Shown here in pieces: positions 1 through 12,700 of a stretch of 64,000 nucleotides of DNA. Every line of letters begins with the position of its first letter. Positions within the stretch are counted from its first letter, which is position 1. Under the pieces are notes generated by a model, which was not told the DNA's origin, searched no databases, and saw only the letters and a program-made list of their open reading frames with translations. The position numbers were made by a program, and so were the translations under genes. Origin of the DNA: Phoronis australis (lineage: Eukaryota > Animalia > Phoronida); the NCBI GenBank assembly GCA_002633005.1, contig NMRA01000996.1:1-64000 (forward strand). Reading direction: 5' to 3'.

Positions 1-187
1 CGGGCCCCCCCCCGGCCCCCCCGCTTCCTACGGCCCTGACATGTAAGCTCAGAACTGTTGGAAACAGCCTTAACATCTTGGGAATCGACTTTTGCCTTCT
101 TAAGAAAGAATCGGTGTTCTTTTGTGTTCACGTACTCAACGCTAAGGGCGACCCGTCTGAAGCTATACATGTATCTGCTGTTTAGGC

Positions 188-340
188 CTACCGGCGTGCA
201 CTCACTAACGCTAGGACCTAGCTAAAATCTAGCTTAAGTCACGTGTTCTCATGCACTTGAAATACACGGAAATATCTCACGTAATCTCGCGAAGTGTTGC
301 TTTTTAGCAAGGTCCTAACGTTACTGAACGGGAGGTCGGT
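188..340. mobile_element. ~150 bp MITE-like repeat, copy 1
   Basis: Internal inverted repeat AGGACCTAGCTAAA / TTTAGCAAGGTCCT; homologous to 58667-58833. Confidence 0.7.
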
Positions 341-684
341 CTACTGTGTACTTACTATTCCCAATGCGCATGATCAGGGTACATATACATGTATGACATG
401 CGGGCCCGCAGACTCGAAATGAGCCCCTCCCGTTGCACGCGCCTTGTTTATAATTTGAGCTGACCACAGTGTATTGTGGGCTGGTGGTTGAATAATTTAA
501 CCTATATGTGCCGCAGTCGTGTTCATTAACAACGTACAGTGTACATGTACACCTGTACGCTATAAGCGGTAAGCTTTAAGCTTTATCACTAATCTAAATT
601 TGAACACATACATGAACTTTGTGTATGTAGTTTGCCAGTCGTAGCCACCGGGCGTTCACGTTCTCAATATTAAGGGCGACCCAT

Positions 685-969
685 CTGCTGTTTATCGGAT
701 TCCTTTGCTCACAAAAATGAGCCCCGCCTTTGTAAGTTGAGCCGGCAGTACTCAAAATCATAGGTTTGTCCGGTTTGCTACTAGATGACAACGTTACTCG
801 AGTATACATTTAATGACAGCTGAGTGNCTGCTGTTTATCGGATTCCTTTGCTCACAAAAATGAGCCCCGCCTTTGTAAGTTGAGCCGGCAGTACTCAAAA
901 TCATAGGTTTGTCCGGTTTGCTACTAGATGACAACGTTACTCGAGTATACATTTAATGACAGCTGAGTG
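685..969. other. Identical 142-bp direct duplication around a single N (likely assembly join)
   Basis: 685-826 = 828-969, separated by n at 827. Confidence 0.85.
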
Positions 970-2340
970 GCAGTACAGGTGATATGTCTTAAATTCGGCT
1001 TGCTAATTAGGTGGACCCAAAATCCTGGTGGGGGGTACATTCACACCCGTCGCAACGCCCCTCCCCCTTGAGACGGTTGTAGTGGGGCCGTTACCAGGCC
1101 ACAACATCGGTTAGCAGCCGACGAGGGGGCACAGGTTAGACACTTGTCAGTTTCCAAAATGTTGAAACAGTCACTGATACGGCAGCACAGGATAGAATAA
1201 TTACAAAATATACATCTGCCATCATTTGCTGGATAGAAAATTTTTTAGACAAATTTCATGAAATTTCACCAAAAAATCTAGTTATAGGAACTCCCGCGAG
1301 TAGGCAGTGAGTCAGAATTCGTAGGGTGGACCAGCACCAGCCGAATTATCTAAAAATTGACGTCGTCCGATTTCATCACCAAAGAAACAAATTTGTTAAA
1401 CTTAATGAAGCCCTGGTATGAGATTTACGAAATAGTGAACAGCTACATACCAAAATCTTTGTACATACTGACAGTAGTCAAGGACTGTAAAATATGCGAT
1501 CTGGTTTATCCTGTCTGTCGGCTGTCACTTTGCAATTGGAAACAAACATAAAGCCCGATTTCTTGTTTTTTTTAATTACTTAGTGAGACAGTAAACTGAT
1601 GAAGAATATTATTTGAAATCAACAGCACCCCGCAAACTGGCCCCCAAATGACCCCAAAATGGCTAAAAATCAAATATTATACAACGTTGGGGTAAAATTT
1701 ACCGAATTTTAGCACTCCTAAGAAGATTATTGGAAAACCCTATGCTTTGAAAATGCAAAAACTGTCTTCTGATAGAGAGGTTCAATGTCCAAAACACATC
1801 ATAAAGATTTTTTTCTTTCCAGTTCTTTTAGGCCGTTTTGAATCTACTTCACCAACGGAACCTTTTTGAACCAAAAATAGGCTATTTTGGCCCAAAATAT
1901 CTATGACGCTCTAACTTAAGGAATAATGGTCCAGAAATTTTGAATTAAACTTAGTTTTTGAACATATCTCAGCAGGATGCCTGAACACATATTTTTTAAG
2001 ATCTGAGTCTGTGACTTTAGAGTTGACCTTTTTGTGCTCTCGTGGAATCGATGGCAGTTAAGACTGCGCTCGGCGCTCACTGTCAAGTCGCCTTTTTTAT
2101 TCGAGGTGCAACACGCTACCGCCGGGAAAACTGGTATTCCCGAGAATGTGCAAAATGACGGTAATCAGCTGGCGATGAATCACGTGTTGTAAAGACTATA
2201 GATGAGGTGGGTCGTTGCGCGAGAGCTGACTTCTAAGTTTCACTGACGATCAAAATCTGTCTCTGTGAGCACTCTAAGCTTAAAAATAAAATCATAACAT
2301 AGCAACCGGACAAGAAACAAAACAAAGTAGACTGTGGTAA

Positions 2341-2489
2341 GTGGGCGGCGCACCATAGAGGGCTGGGAGGGGGGCTATAGTCCCTCATTTTTTCAACGCT
2401 GCGCAGCCTATGGTCTATAGGTGCCGTACCACAGGGGGGAGCTGGGTTGGCTTTAGCCCCCCACTTTTTTCAGTGCTGCGCCGCCCATG
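2341..2489. mobile_element. Two tandem degenerate copies of a ~72 bp mini-MITE
   Basis: Each unit matches the reverse complement of 36066-36137 (...ccactttttt cagtgctgcgccgcccatg). Confidence 0.65.
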
Positions 2490-3802
2490 TAAAATGGCAA
2501 AAAGCGCTATGAAACATATTTAAATGTCGCTTGGGAGGTGGCCCCGCTGGACTTCAGAAACTGAGCGGAATGGGATGAGTTGACCACTTTAAGAACCCTA
2601 ACAGCAAAGATGTCGATCCGGAGTTCAAATTTTGGCCGGGAAAGGCGAGAAGTTTCCGTTTGGTTGATCTGCCTGACGTGGACGTGGAGGACGCCGTTGT
2701 GGTTCCAAAAAAGGGTAAGTTCCTCATACTAGAGAAAGCCTGCGGTATTTGTTATTTGGCTGGTTGGTATACTGCTCAATTTGTTCAACTTGTTTTAGGT
2801 TCGTGCACAGCAACTGTCTGAACATTTCGAAAGGGAATATGCGAAAATGAAGTTTCTTATACAAGTTTATTCATTTTGGGCAAAACTGAATATATTTAGC
2901 TTGCTAAGTCTGAACAAGTTCCTTGTGTTTGCCAGGCAGAGGAAAATGCACTTTGCAGATTTCCCGGCTGATCTTTCTGTCATTAGGTGAAATGTTCCGA
3001 CATGCACGGTTGTCCTGTGCTGGTCACAAACGTCGTGTCTTTTGACAGCTTTCAAATATGCAAAAAAGTAAAAAAGTAACAAACTTCGGTCACAGGCGTC
3101 ACTATGTTTATCACCTTCTCAATAATTCAAGCTGGGTTCGACTGATAGTAGCGATTCGGACCGGGAATTTAATTTTAGACACACATTTTTCTCCCCGCTC
3201 CCCTGCACTTTTGGTGCCAAATCGGTCATTCATGACATGCGCGCACCCGGGGNAGTGGGCAAAAACGTCTGCCCCCGAGAGACAAAAAGTCCGATAAAAA
3301 ATTACTGGCCTCAAACAAATCAATTACTGGATGCCTTTTTGACAATAATGATAAAGACATGTTTGGGACGGCGGGGCCCTTCGGCTAAAGTCCCGGCGCT
3401 TCCTTCAGGGCATAGCATTGTCTATAACAAAAATCAGTTTTCTTTGACTAAATACGGGTTCAAACCGTACAGGCCCATGCAGGTACGTTCGTTTCACATT
3501 GATTCACTCTCGATATGTGCCAAATCAGTTAAAATCAACAACACCTAAAATCAACGGGTCACTTTTAAAATTAAAGGCATTGATTCTTTCTGCGTTATTC
3601 TTCGAGGAGAGAAACGAAAGCGCCAAACGACACGCCGCGGTAGGCCTATAATTCAAAATATCATTTGTAGTTTGAAGAAATCTAGAGCGCGTGCCGTGCT
3701 CCAGCTCCACTCTAATCGAGTGATTCGGGCCATGCCCGTGGCTTTATCTCTGGGGGGCTAAATTTATGACGCGCTTTTCGTGACTTAGAGAAGGCGTGGT
3801 AG

Positions 3803-4114
3803 CTTAGGCGAATTTAAAGGGGGCCGGGGGCTGCCCCTCCCCCCCTTAGCTGCCGCCAAAAAGTGAAACAGCAAGAGCGTGAGGACATATCGAGTTTAGC
3901 AATTAATCCAGGTAATTAATATGGGGGGAGGGGTCAAACACCGTTGCAAGCGTGCAAGCGAGACCACCGATGCAACTGTTTTCCTTTTTTTTAGTTCGCC
4001 TAGAAATTCGGGCACCCCAGAATTCTAGCTGGGTGCGCGCATGCGACCGTACTTTGCAGTTGCCTGAGACAAAATGTTGGGCCCCCCCGTCATGTTATCC
4101 TAAATCCGCCACTG
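3803..4114. mobile_element. ~310 bp GC-rich MITE-like repeat, copy 1
   Basis: Homologous to 39178-39501 (ccctt.gctgccgc...tgaaacagc...gttgggccccc...atcct..atccgcc.ctg). Confidence 0.65.
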
Positions 4115-4591
4115 GATGGGGTGGACAATTTTTGCCCATACGACCACTGCTTCCGTCAGCAGCGTGGTCAGCGCCAAGCGGACAAATTTCATATACGACG
4201 ACCACGTTCATCAGCGGATAAATTTTATTCTTACGACCACATGTTTTAATTTGAGTTAAAAAAGCCTTTGTAGCATAAATGTGTTTGGTGGAAACGTGAA
4301 GCACAGGGGACTATAGGGACCCATGTTTATGACTTTTATCTAACGTATATCAGATACTAAGATTATGTAGGGGATCACGACAATTATCAAAAAAATTCAG
4401 AAAATACGATCAAAATCCATTTATTAATAGAAAACGCACACTTTTGGACTATTATCATAGAATTATAATCATACGAGGCATTTTCCCTCTGATAACACGT
4501 AAATCTGAATAATTCCTAAATCGATAATAGGAATCCACACTAATTTAACGAGCCTGCACAGTATACACGTATGGATTTACCCCGGTTTTGC

Positions 4592-4690
4592 TTACGTCAT
4601 CCCTGCATCGCGCAAGTCAACAAAACCAGCAACGAAGCGAACACCTGTTTTACCCTGAAACGAGGCTGAAAATCAGGAGTTCGTGACTCA
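4592..4690 (+). promoter_or_regulatory. Putative proximal promoter motifs of the tetraspanin
   Basis: CRE-like TTACGTCA (4592-4599) and AP-1 TGACTCA (4684-4690) within 170 bp of the ATG; motif match only. Confidence 0.3.
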
Positions 4691-4760
4691 GTTGAGTGTA
4701 AACATTCTGAGCAGACTGTGAAGTGATTGCCTTTGATATTGGTGAAATTTTGCCAGCAAG

Positions 4761-4853
4761 ATGGCAAAAGAACGTACGAAAGCACGGATGTCTACTTCAC
4801 CAGTTGTGAACTGTATGAAAGTCCTGCTTTTTGGCTTCAATTTTATATTTTGG
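4761..4853 (+). CDS. TSPAN7: Tetraspanin exon 1 (N-terminus, start of TM1)
   Basis: ATG at 4761; MAKERTKARMSTSPVVNCMKVLLFGFNFIFW; donor gtgagt at 4854. Confidence 0.9.
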
Positions 4854-6072
4854 GTGAGTTATTTAATTGAAATTTATTTACACCAGGCATTCGACTACCA
4901 TTTCCTGCCACAACGGCAATGGTACTCTGGCAGTCTGGCCACTCAGAGCTCAGTCAAGTCGCGGATGCTGGCCTCGTTTCCTGCTATTAAACAGAACCTC
5001 TGGTTGGTTTGTCGTATAAGTGTACACGCTTTATTAGAACTTTGAATATGAAGAGGTTATTGTTTACAATCCGACTCCATTAACTTGACGTATAGTCCGG
5101 ATACCTATCGTCGTCAGGCTCCAAAGGTCGTCCGCCATCTTGTTTCGCGTGCAGCGCAACCACGCGGGACTTAGCGTTCCAATTTGGAGTGCTCGTCTGC
5201 ACGTTAGGTTCCAACCTCTCGGGAGAAACACGCATGGAAGAACTGAGACTAAAATTAGTGCATTTACCGACTGTTTTTTTGAGACCACTTAAAAACTTGT
5301 CGATTTTACTAATGCACTTTTTTGTTCATTTTCAGAAGATATTTTCGAAATTAAATTTCTTCAGACGGAACAAAAAGCAACTCAGGGATTTTCTATGCAA
5401 TGTATCTATTTGTCCCAGGCACTAACCGACACCTGTTAGGCCAAAGGAAAAACGCAGCAGACAAATGGAACACGCTTGGTGCTTAACAGTTTCGACCCAC
5501 GCCTTGGTCATCAAAACATTGTCCACTTGTTTTTTTATTGCAAAACACAGTACTGAGCTCGACATTTATGTTGAAATTTTTGATTAAAGCATTTTGAATT
5601 TATTTGAAGAAAATTAAAATACTTGAATTGATAGAGAATGGCCACCAATAAAGTAAAACATTGACTTTATTTCACTATATTGCATTGTTACATACAACAC
5701 AGCATGACATAATCAAAAATAAAAGAAGAGATTGAGCAATAAAATTCAAATGCGACTTGGGTATTTATTTATTTATTTATGATTGCATAAGCCTGTTAAA
5801 GATGAGAAAAAATCAAACAATACGATTATGGGTAATTTATTAGAACAATTGTATTGAGGTTCAATGATCAACTTGCGCCGACAAAGTCTCAAAGGGTTAT
5901 AGTTCTGTTCTGGCTGACAAGGTGTTAACAGAGAATGAAGAGAAACTGAAAAGAAAAAGTAAGACAGCAAAGATAAGTGGTGTTAAGTACAACAAGAGCA
6001 AAAAGTCAAATAAAGAGGTCACAAACAGAAATAAGTAAGGTATATCTGGAATAAAACAATCCAGGGCTCAGT

Positions 6073-6434
6073 NNNNNNNNNNNNNNNNNNNNNNNNNNNN
6101 NNNNNNNNNNNNNNNNNNNNNNNNNNNNNNNNNNNNNNNNNNNNNNNNNNNNNNNNNNNNNNNNNNNNNNNNNNNNNNNNNNNNNNNNNNNNNNNNNNNN
6201 NNNNNNNNNNNNNNNNNNNNNNNNNNNNNNNNNNNNNNNNNNNNNNNNNNNNNNNNNNNNNNNNNNNNNNNNNNNNNNNNNNNNNNNNNNNNNNNNNNNN
6301 NNNNNNNNNNNNNNNNNNNNNNNNNNNNNNNNNNNNNNNNNNNNNNNNNNNNNNNNNNNNNNNNNNNNNNNNNNNNNNNNNNNNNNNNNNNNNNNNNNNN
6401 NNNNNNNNNNNNNNNNNNNNNNNNNNNNNNNNNN
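6073..6434. other. Assembly gap
   Basis: Run of N. Confidence 1.
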
Positions 6435-6815
6435 CCCTTTCCTACGGAACGGGCACGCGAGAAGAAGGTGAACACCAGGATGTCTCGCATACAGGTCATC
6501 AACGTCCCTTGGTACCTTTACCACCACAACACAGGTGAACACAAGGTCGTCTCTGATACAGGTCCTTGACTCCTGGAACCTTCCACGCGCGCTGTCCCGA
6601 GGTCCGTGGGTACTAGTTGGCGGTGCTTCATCGGTAGATCATCCGTTTGCCGACTACGCCATTTGTAGTAATAGCCAAGATTACCCGACCCGGGGATCGA
6701 ACCCGCGACCCCCATAAAACCGGCAAGCGTGCTAACCATTCAGCTAGTAGGCAATTGCCCATTAGCGAGTAGCTAACAGAGGCTCATATAATTCACCGGA
6801 AGCACATCTACAACA
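6435..6815 (-). mobile_element. TRIM-like miniature LTR retrotransposon with tRNA-derived LTR (3' LTR presumably in the N-gap)
   Basis: On -: LTR TGTTGTAG...TTACTACA (6815-6664), AA spacer, PBS TGGCGTAGTCGGCA (6661-6648, complement of the tRNA-Ser 3' end), ~200 bp internal region, PPT AGGAAAGGG abutting gap 6073-6434. Confidence 0.8.
6683..6752 (-). ncRNA. tRNA-like Pol III cassette inside the LTR (not a functional tRNA)
   Basis: A box TAGCTGAATGG with D-stem GCT/AGC; B box GGTTCGATCC in a CGGG/CCCG T-stem; imperfect acceptor stem and no clean anticodon arm. Confidence 0.65.
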
Positions 6816-7744
6816 CTGATAAAATGAAATTCATAAAAAATAAACAAACTCATTCTTAAATCCACCTTACGTCCTAAAATTTTATAATTTATACTAACCT
6901 TTGTGAAGTTGGCCTTAAATTATTACTTCTAAGTTGGAAGTAATGTCCAAGCTTTAGCAAGAACTGAGTTTCTGTTATTGCTTGAGACCAGGCTGTATCG
7001 ACTTGTCGTACGTGTCATGTTATGTGCTGGGCCTTAAAAGTGTATTTGAAATGTCAGTACTTTTGATGCAGGTATCCATACAAGTCCTTGTTCACTCGGT
7101 GTTCTTTAACATTTTCATTAACCTTTTTTCACAGAAGTGATATATTTGAAGATGATAAAAATTCTGTCAAAGAAGCAAATTAAAGACTACTTTCCAAGGA
7201 CTATAAAACTGCATTGTCTTAACTTGTTGCTTACAACTCAAAGAAGAGGTTTTGTCTAGGCGTGGAAGGGATGATGAATCGACAGTAATGTCATTGCTTG
7301 GGGACATGGGGACAGTATATTGATCACCATTGGCAATTGATCAAACCTGATCTCGAGCTGTGTCCAACAAACTGTCAGTTCTTTCACGTAGAGCAGAAAT
7401 CACATCAAATTTATTCCACAGAACAAGTTGATATGATCGAATGCGTGAAAGTGATCTAAAAAATTCTAAGTGAGAGCACATAATTTTTTCAGCTTGATGT
7501 ATTAAGTTCGGTAACAGCGTACCAATATCAAGCTTGCGAACAAAATGTTGAGTCATGTTTTAACGAAACTTGGTGTAAAAGAAGTGTCTCCTAAGTATAA
7601 ACTCACTGATAAGAGCATATTTACACAAACCTGCATAAGCGGACATTTTTTTGTATTTGCTTTTGTCCGTGGTTAATGTTTCATTTCTGTCCTAGAATGG
7701 TCTGCCTTATGAAAAGAACTTCAGGAAATTGTCATCCTGAAACT

Positions 7745-8655
7745 AAGTGAGAATTTCTTAGGATTCCAGTGAGATTCCAATGAGAATCTAATTAATTAAG
7801 ATCCCATTCAAATTAGTAAGAAAAAAATCATTCTTGTGCGAATATAGTGATATTCCAGTGTGATTGCAATGAGAATCTAACTAATTTGCATAGCATTCCC
7901 ACTCAGTAAGAATTTGTGTCACTGAAAATCTCACTGAGTGAGAATCTCACTGGGTGACAATTTTGAACTTAGAATATTTTATCAGTGCCTTTTATAGCCG
8001 TTGACTGAATTAGATGAGAGTTGGTAACCAAAATGCTGCTTATTTTTGTGAGTTTATCTCGAAATTTGACTAAAGTTACAATTTAATTGCAATGATTAAC
8101 ATGGTGAAATACAGAAAACTTAAACTAACAATTTCATTGCTTTCTGTGAATTAGCAAAATTATACTAAAAACTCAGCTGCCAATACAAAGTGAATACTAA
8201 TCAGTCCAATACTGTTGCTTCATATGCTCTAGTAGATGTATGTCTAGGATCCCTCTGGTTGACTTGCAGACAAATTGTTCAGTGATTTCACAATATTTGT
8301 GAGAAAAACATCAACAATCTTCCAGCGATTTCTCTACTTCATCACAAGTGTTCATTCCTGGCACCATTTTATTTTGAATCAGAAATCTGGTCCAACTGAA
8401 ATTTCCACAGGAATAGCCAATGAGCCTGTTTGAATATCCTAACAGCTCAGTCTAATTTTTGCAAAACATAATTCTCACTCAATTCTCACTCAGAAATTTT
8501 GTAACTCAAAAATTTTCACTTAATTCCCACTTTTTCTTACTTTCCTTTGACTCCTTCAAATTCTCAGTGGATTCTCACTTGCATTTCTCACTCAAATGGT
8601 TCTTTAAGTGAAAATCTCACTGGAATGTCATTAGAATCCAGTGAGTTTCTCACTT
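7745..8655. mobile_element. ~0.9 kb foldback-like element with GTGAGAAT/ATTCTCAC subrepeats
   Basis: Left end aagtgagaa...ggattccagtgagattccaatgaga is an imperfect inverted match to 8612-8655; subrepeat orientation is mostly mirrored between the ends. Confidence 0.55.
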
Positions 8656-8985
8656 TCTTTTGCTACATATACTGAGATATATATATACAGTGAAGTGCTT
8701 TATCCTCTGGGTATCATATGAAATGTAATACTAGGTTACTATACAAAAGATTGCTATGTTCACCTTAATAATGGTTTCCCATCTGGGTGTTGGATTCATT
8801 GTAGAATCATATGATTGATAAAATACCCATTAGACGGAATCTCAGAGCTTTTTGGGCATGAGAAGGTAACTAATTTTCTTTGGTACCACAGTGGTCTATG
8901 GGTATCCTCATGCTTGGAAATGGCCGTCTGGCAGGTTCGCTCTGGTGCGTGCGGTCAGGGGAGCCACGAGAATGGCATTCAAAAA

Positions 8986-9780
8986 TTGAGCTAGGTTAAC
9001 TTTTCTGGTTAACACTTCAAACTGCCTTCGATACCTACTGAAATCCACTGTGTCAAAATTGGTCACTGCCAGTGGGGAGTATCAGCCAGATGGTTATAAA
9101 AAAGGTAAAAAATTGAGCTAGATCAATCCAAGAGGTAACCGCATGAAACCAGTTGCAAAATATTCACCGCGAGACAAGGTATCATGAATGAACACTGCCA
9201 GACGAATCTAGTGGTGGGTTAGCCCAGCCAGACACGCCCAAATATCTGAGTTGAGTTAGATCAACCTACCATGTAACCGTTTGAAACCAATTCCACGATG
9301 TTCAGCATCACTGTACATGGCACAACAGTTAGATGCCAGACAATTTCAGTGGTGGGGTGTTCCTGCCAGACGATTATCAAAAAGGGTTAAAAATTGAGCT
9401 AGATCAACCCAAGAGGTAACCACTTAAAACCAGTTGCAAAATATTCACCGTAAGCCCAGGTGCCACAAATAAACACTGCCAGACAAATCTAGTGATGGGT
9501 TAGCCCCTCCAGACACGCCCAAATACCTGAGTTGAGCTAGATCATCCCAAGAGGTAACGGAATGAAACCAGTTGCAAAATATTCGTCGTGAGGCCAGGTA
9601 TCAAGAATAAATACTGCCAGACAAATCTAGTGGTGGGTTATCCCTGCCAAATACGCCAAGTACCTGAGTTGAGCTAGACAAATCCACCAGGTAACCGTTT
9701 GAAATCAATTGCGCGGTGTTGACAGCACGTGGCACAACAGTAAGATGCCAAATAATTTTAGCGGTGTGGTGCCCCCGTCA
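8986..9780. repeat. ~138 bp minisatellite, about 6 units of two subtypes
   Basis: Units begin TTGAG(C/T)TAG at 8986, 9113, 9251, 9394, 9532, 9669. Confidence 0.85.
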
Positions 9781-12700
9781 GAAAAATGATAAGGAGTCGA
9801 AACAAAACTGGTTCTAAACCCATTCACGCTGAATAAGCATCACATTGAGAACCAGGCACTTCGATATTTAATAAAGCCAGTGAGTCCGTACGGCATAGGT
9901 CACCACACAAGGTGAGAGATTTTTGTCCGCAAGTTTACGTCAGGGCATGAAAACCAGAAATGTCGCGCCTGAGGTTTGAGCGACCTCACAAGTCTATGCG
10001 ACAACAGTGGAATACTCCATATGATTCACTACTAAAAATAAAACCGAAAATCCGTCTGTGACGGATGGCACATTGTGTATGCACGAATTTCGACTTTTCG
10101 TTGTCCTATTCTACCAGTCTAAACAATCCCCCTGTCTTCGGACAAATCATTTGATGCAACTGCTAAGACGAGGAATAATCTAAATGCCGTCTTTTGCTGT
10201 CGTCTGCGTAATGTATGCTCGCCAGATTACTTCCTTTCACATAGTGATTCATGTAAAATTTAGGAAAACTGATCAGTTTTGGACAATTTACATATTTCTT
10301 GTAAACCGAGCCTACAGAGAACTCCAGAGACACGTCAAGACCAATGACGTCAGTAGCTATATCGACAGTTTCCCCATCAATGCTAGATGTATTCTTTGCC
10401 CTGAATCGCCCAAAGTAGTCCCCAGATGGGGAACATTGTGGAAATAACGAGTCCTGATAGTTTTCCAGTTTATTTAGATTGACAATCATTTCATTGGCAC
10501 GACACAGATATGCGGACAATGGAACTGTTCATCTTTTCTCTTCATAGTGAATATAAAACGCGTTCAAATTAATTATTCATAGATCTGTATGTTGTATATG
10601 GTGCTCAGCCATCGTGCTGACCGCCCCAGGCATCCACATTGGGGGAGTGGGTATCCAACCACTATGTATAATCTATTTGGAAATTGCGTTTATGTTTCAC
10701 CTTAATTTACTTTTATTATTAATAGTTACAGCCAGGGGGGTTCGAGCAAACCCCCCCTCCCCCTCTGAAAAGGTCCAGCCCCAGCATATTCCTTAAAAGG
10801 TTCCTGAAGTACAATAACGTGCATTTTTAATGTAATTTAATTGATGAATAAAGTCTATATCGGAAATCACATTTTTTTACTCTTTCACATTTTGTAAAAA
10901 AGCGTTTTCCAATGGTAATCCCTGTTGGTTAATATGCGTCTGATGTCACTGAGGCTGTACTGTGGGTGAAGGCAATAAGATAAATTGCTTATTATGTACA
11001 TAGCTCATTGGGTGAATGCCTCTTGGCTACCCAACTGTGCTTAATGTATATAATTCATCTGTGATCTTGGCTCTCAAAAGTTCATAATAAATGAGTTTAC
11101 TGCTGTGTAGTGTTGAGTATAGTGGAACGATGCTGTTCTCAGCATGGGCCAGGAAGGGGCCCCCGAGTGTGATAGCCTTGCCTTGGTGCAAGCTGTATAG
11201 TAAATTTACAGTAGCTGTTACACCAGCGTGGGTATAAACTGATCATATAAAATTTGACAGAAAATTAGTGTCATTAGAAATTACACTCTTCCTGGAGTAA
11301 ACTAAATTATTTGCTGGTGCTGAAAAAAATTGGCATTCTGCCGTTCACTCTGCTGCTGAAATTTGGGTGCGCTCTTTAAGGTCGGCTTTCAGCGCCCTCA
11401 TGTGTTGCATGTCACAACAAATTATTAGAGCTGATTTCATTTCTTAACAAGTTTTTAATAGCAGGAAACCAAATTTCATAAAAAAATTTGCTCCTGCCAA
11501 GCTGTCATCATTTCCCGACAGATCACGCAAAATTTTAGGAAATGGCGCGTGTTGAGCGTACTGTTTTCTTTGTTACAAAAGGCTGAGAATTATGAAGTAA
11601 ATTAACGTTTACTAGATTGTTTTTTCAATTAAATGGCTTCAGCGGGCAAGGTGAGTGTCAGTTGACACCCAGATGTTTGCACACTCCCCTGCCGGTTGAG
11701 AGCTCTATGATGATGTAAGTTTCGTGACTAGGTGACGAGTAGAACTATCCAGCTTATGTAAAATTTCGGAGTGTAACGGAGCTCAACACACAGTGCTACT
11801 GGTACCTATTGTATTTTGAAGATAGTCCTCATACAGCTAGCTGGTTGGCTAGGCCCAGGTATGAATCAAAGTGACAGGAAAGAAAAACGAAAAACGTTGT
11901 GAGTATGCACATGTTGGTCTGTCAACTGGACTACATAGTCGCACGGCTAATGACATCTTTTTGTGCTGTGCAGCCTCAGTGACGTCACGAAAAATAGCGC
12001 TTGCAGTGGGGCTTTATGAAACTAATAATTTTTTACTTTTGGAAGTAAAAAAGAAAAATACTGTGCACTATTTAGGAATATGTGGATGCCAGTAACCAAC
12101 CTTTATACTTTAAAAATTCATATTAAAATGCTGAAACTTGTAGTTCAAGCCTCTTTTAACATGTGGAGAATTTCTCCCTTACACTGGTGACCACTCTGAT
12201 TCCCTAAGCCCCAGACAACTTTTAGGATGCCTATTCAGCACGCCCTTTGTATTGAAGTAGATCTGAGCAAATGAAGTGGAGAGGTAATTGCTTGCATTAC
12301 TGTCTCAACAATGGTTGTTGTTGATTCCTCCAATTTGGTTTTCTTTGACATTTGCAAAGTTATAGCAATAGCTCATTGGTTATAGCCTGCAACTCTGGAG
12401 AATAGTTTTAACTTGGTATGTTAAAATGACTAAAAAGGTTAACTTGTGTTTATCGTCACAAAGGGGCACTGCCCAAAGGAATGATAAGTTTCATATTGAT
12501 TTTCTTTATTTAATTTTTAATGCTTGTGTCCACTTGTGTTTTTTCCAACCGGGAACGGGTTGATAACTTTTTATCTAAGTTTTGAACTTTAAGTGCCAAA
12601 ACAGTGGTAAATTTTGATCGCCAGCTAAACTTAATTAGTTAACTTCATTGTGAGCCCATCCCTAAACTTACCACATTACAGGTACACTGAACATTTCACG

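Noticed and set aside
685-969. Exact 142-bp tandem duplication
   Set aside because: 100% identical and separated by a single N, the typical signature of an unmerged contig overlap
6006-6542. Long ORFs of 178 and 144 aa
   Set aside because: They are open only because they cross the N-gap
6683-6752. Functional tRNA gene
   Set aside because: No proper anticodon stem-loop, imperfect acceptor stem, and embedded in an LTR-like unit
8986-9780. CRISPR-like periodicity
   Set aside because: Whole units are homologous with no unique spacers, there are no cas genes, and the context is a eukaryotic intron
10163-10519. 118-aa minus ORF next to the minisatellite, possible transposase remnant
   Set aside because: No motif I can recognise and no convincing splice context; would need a profile search
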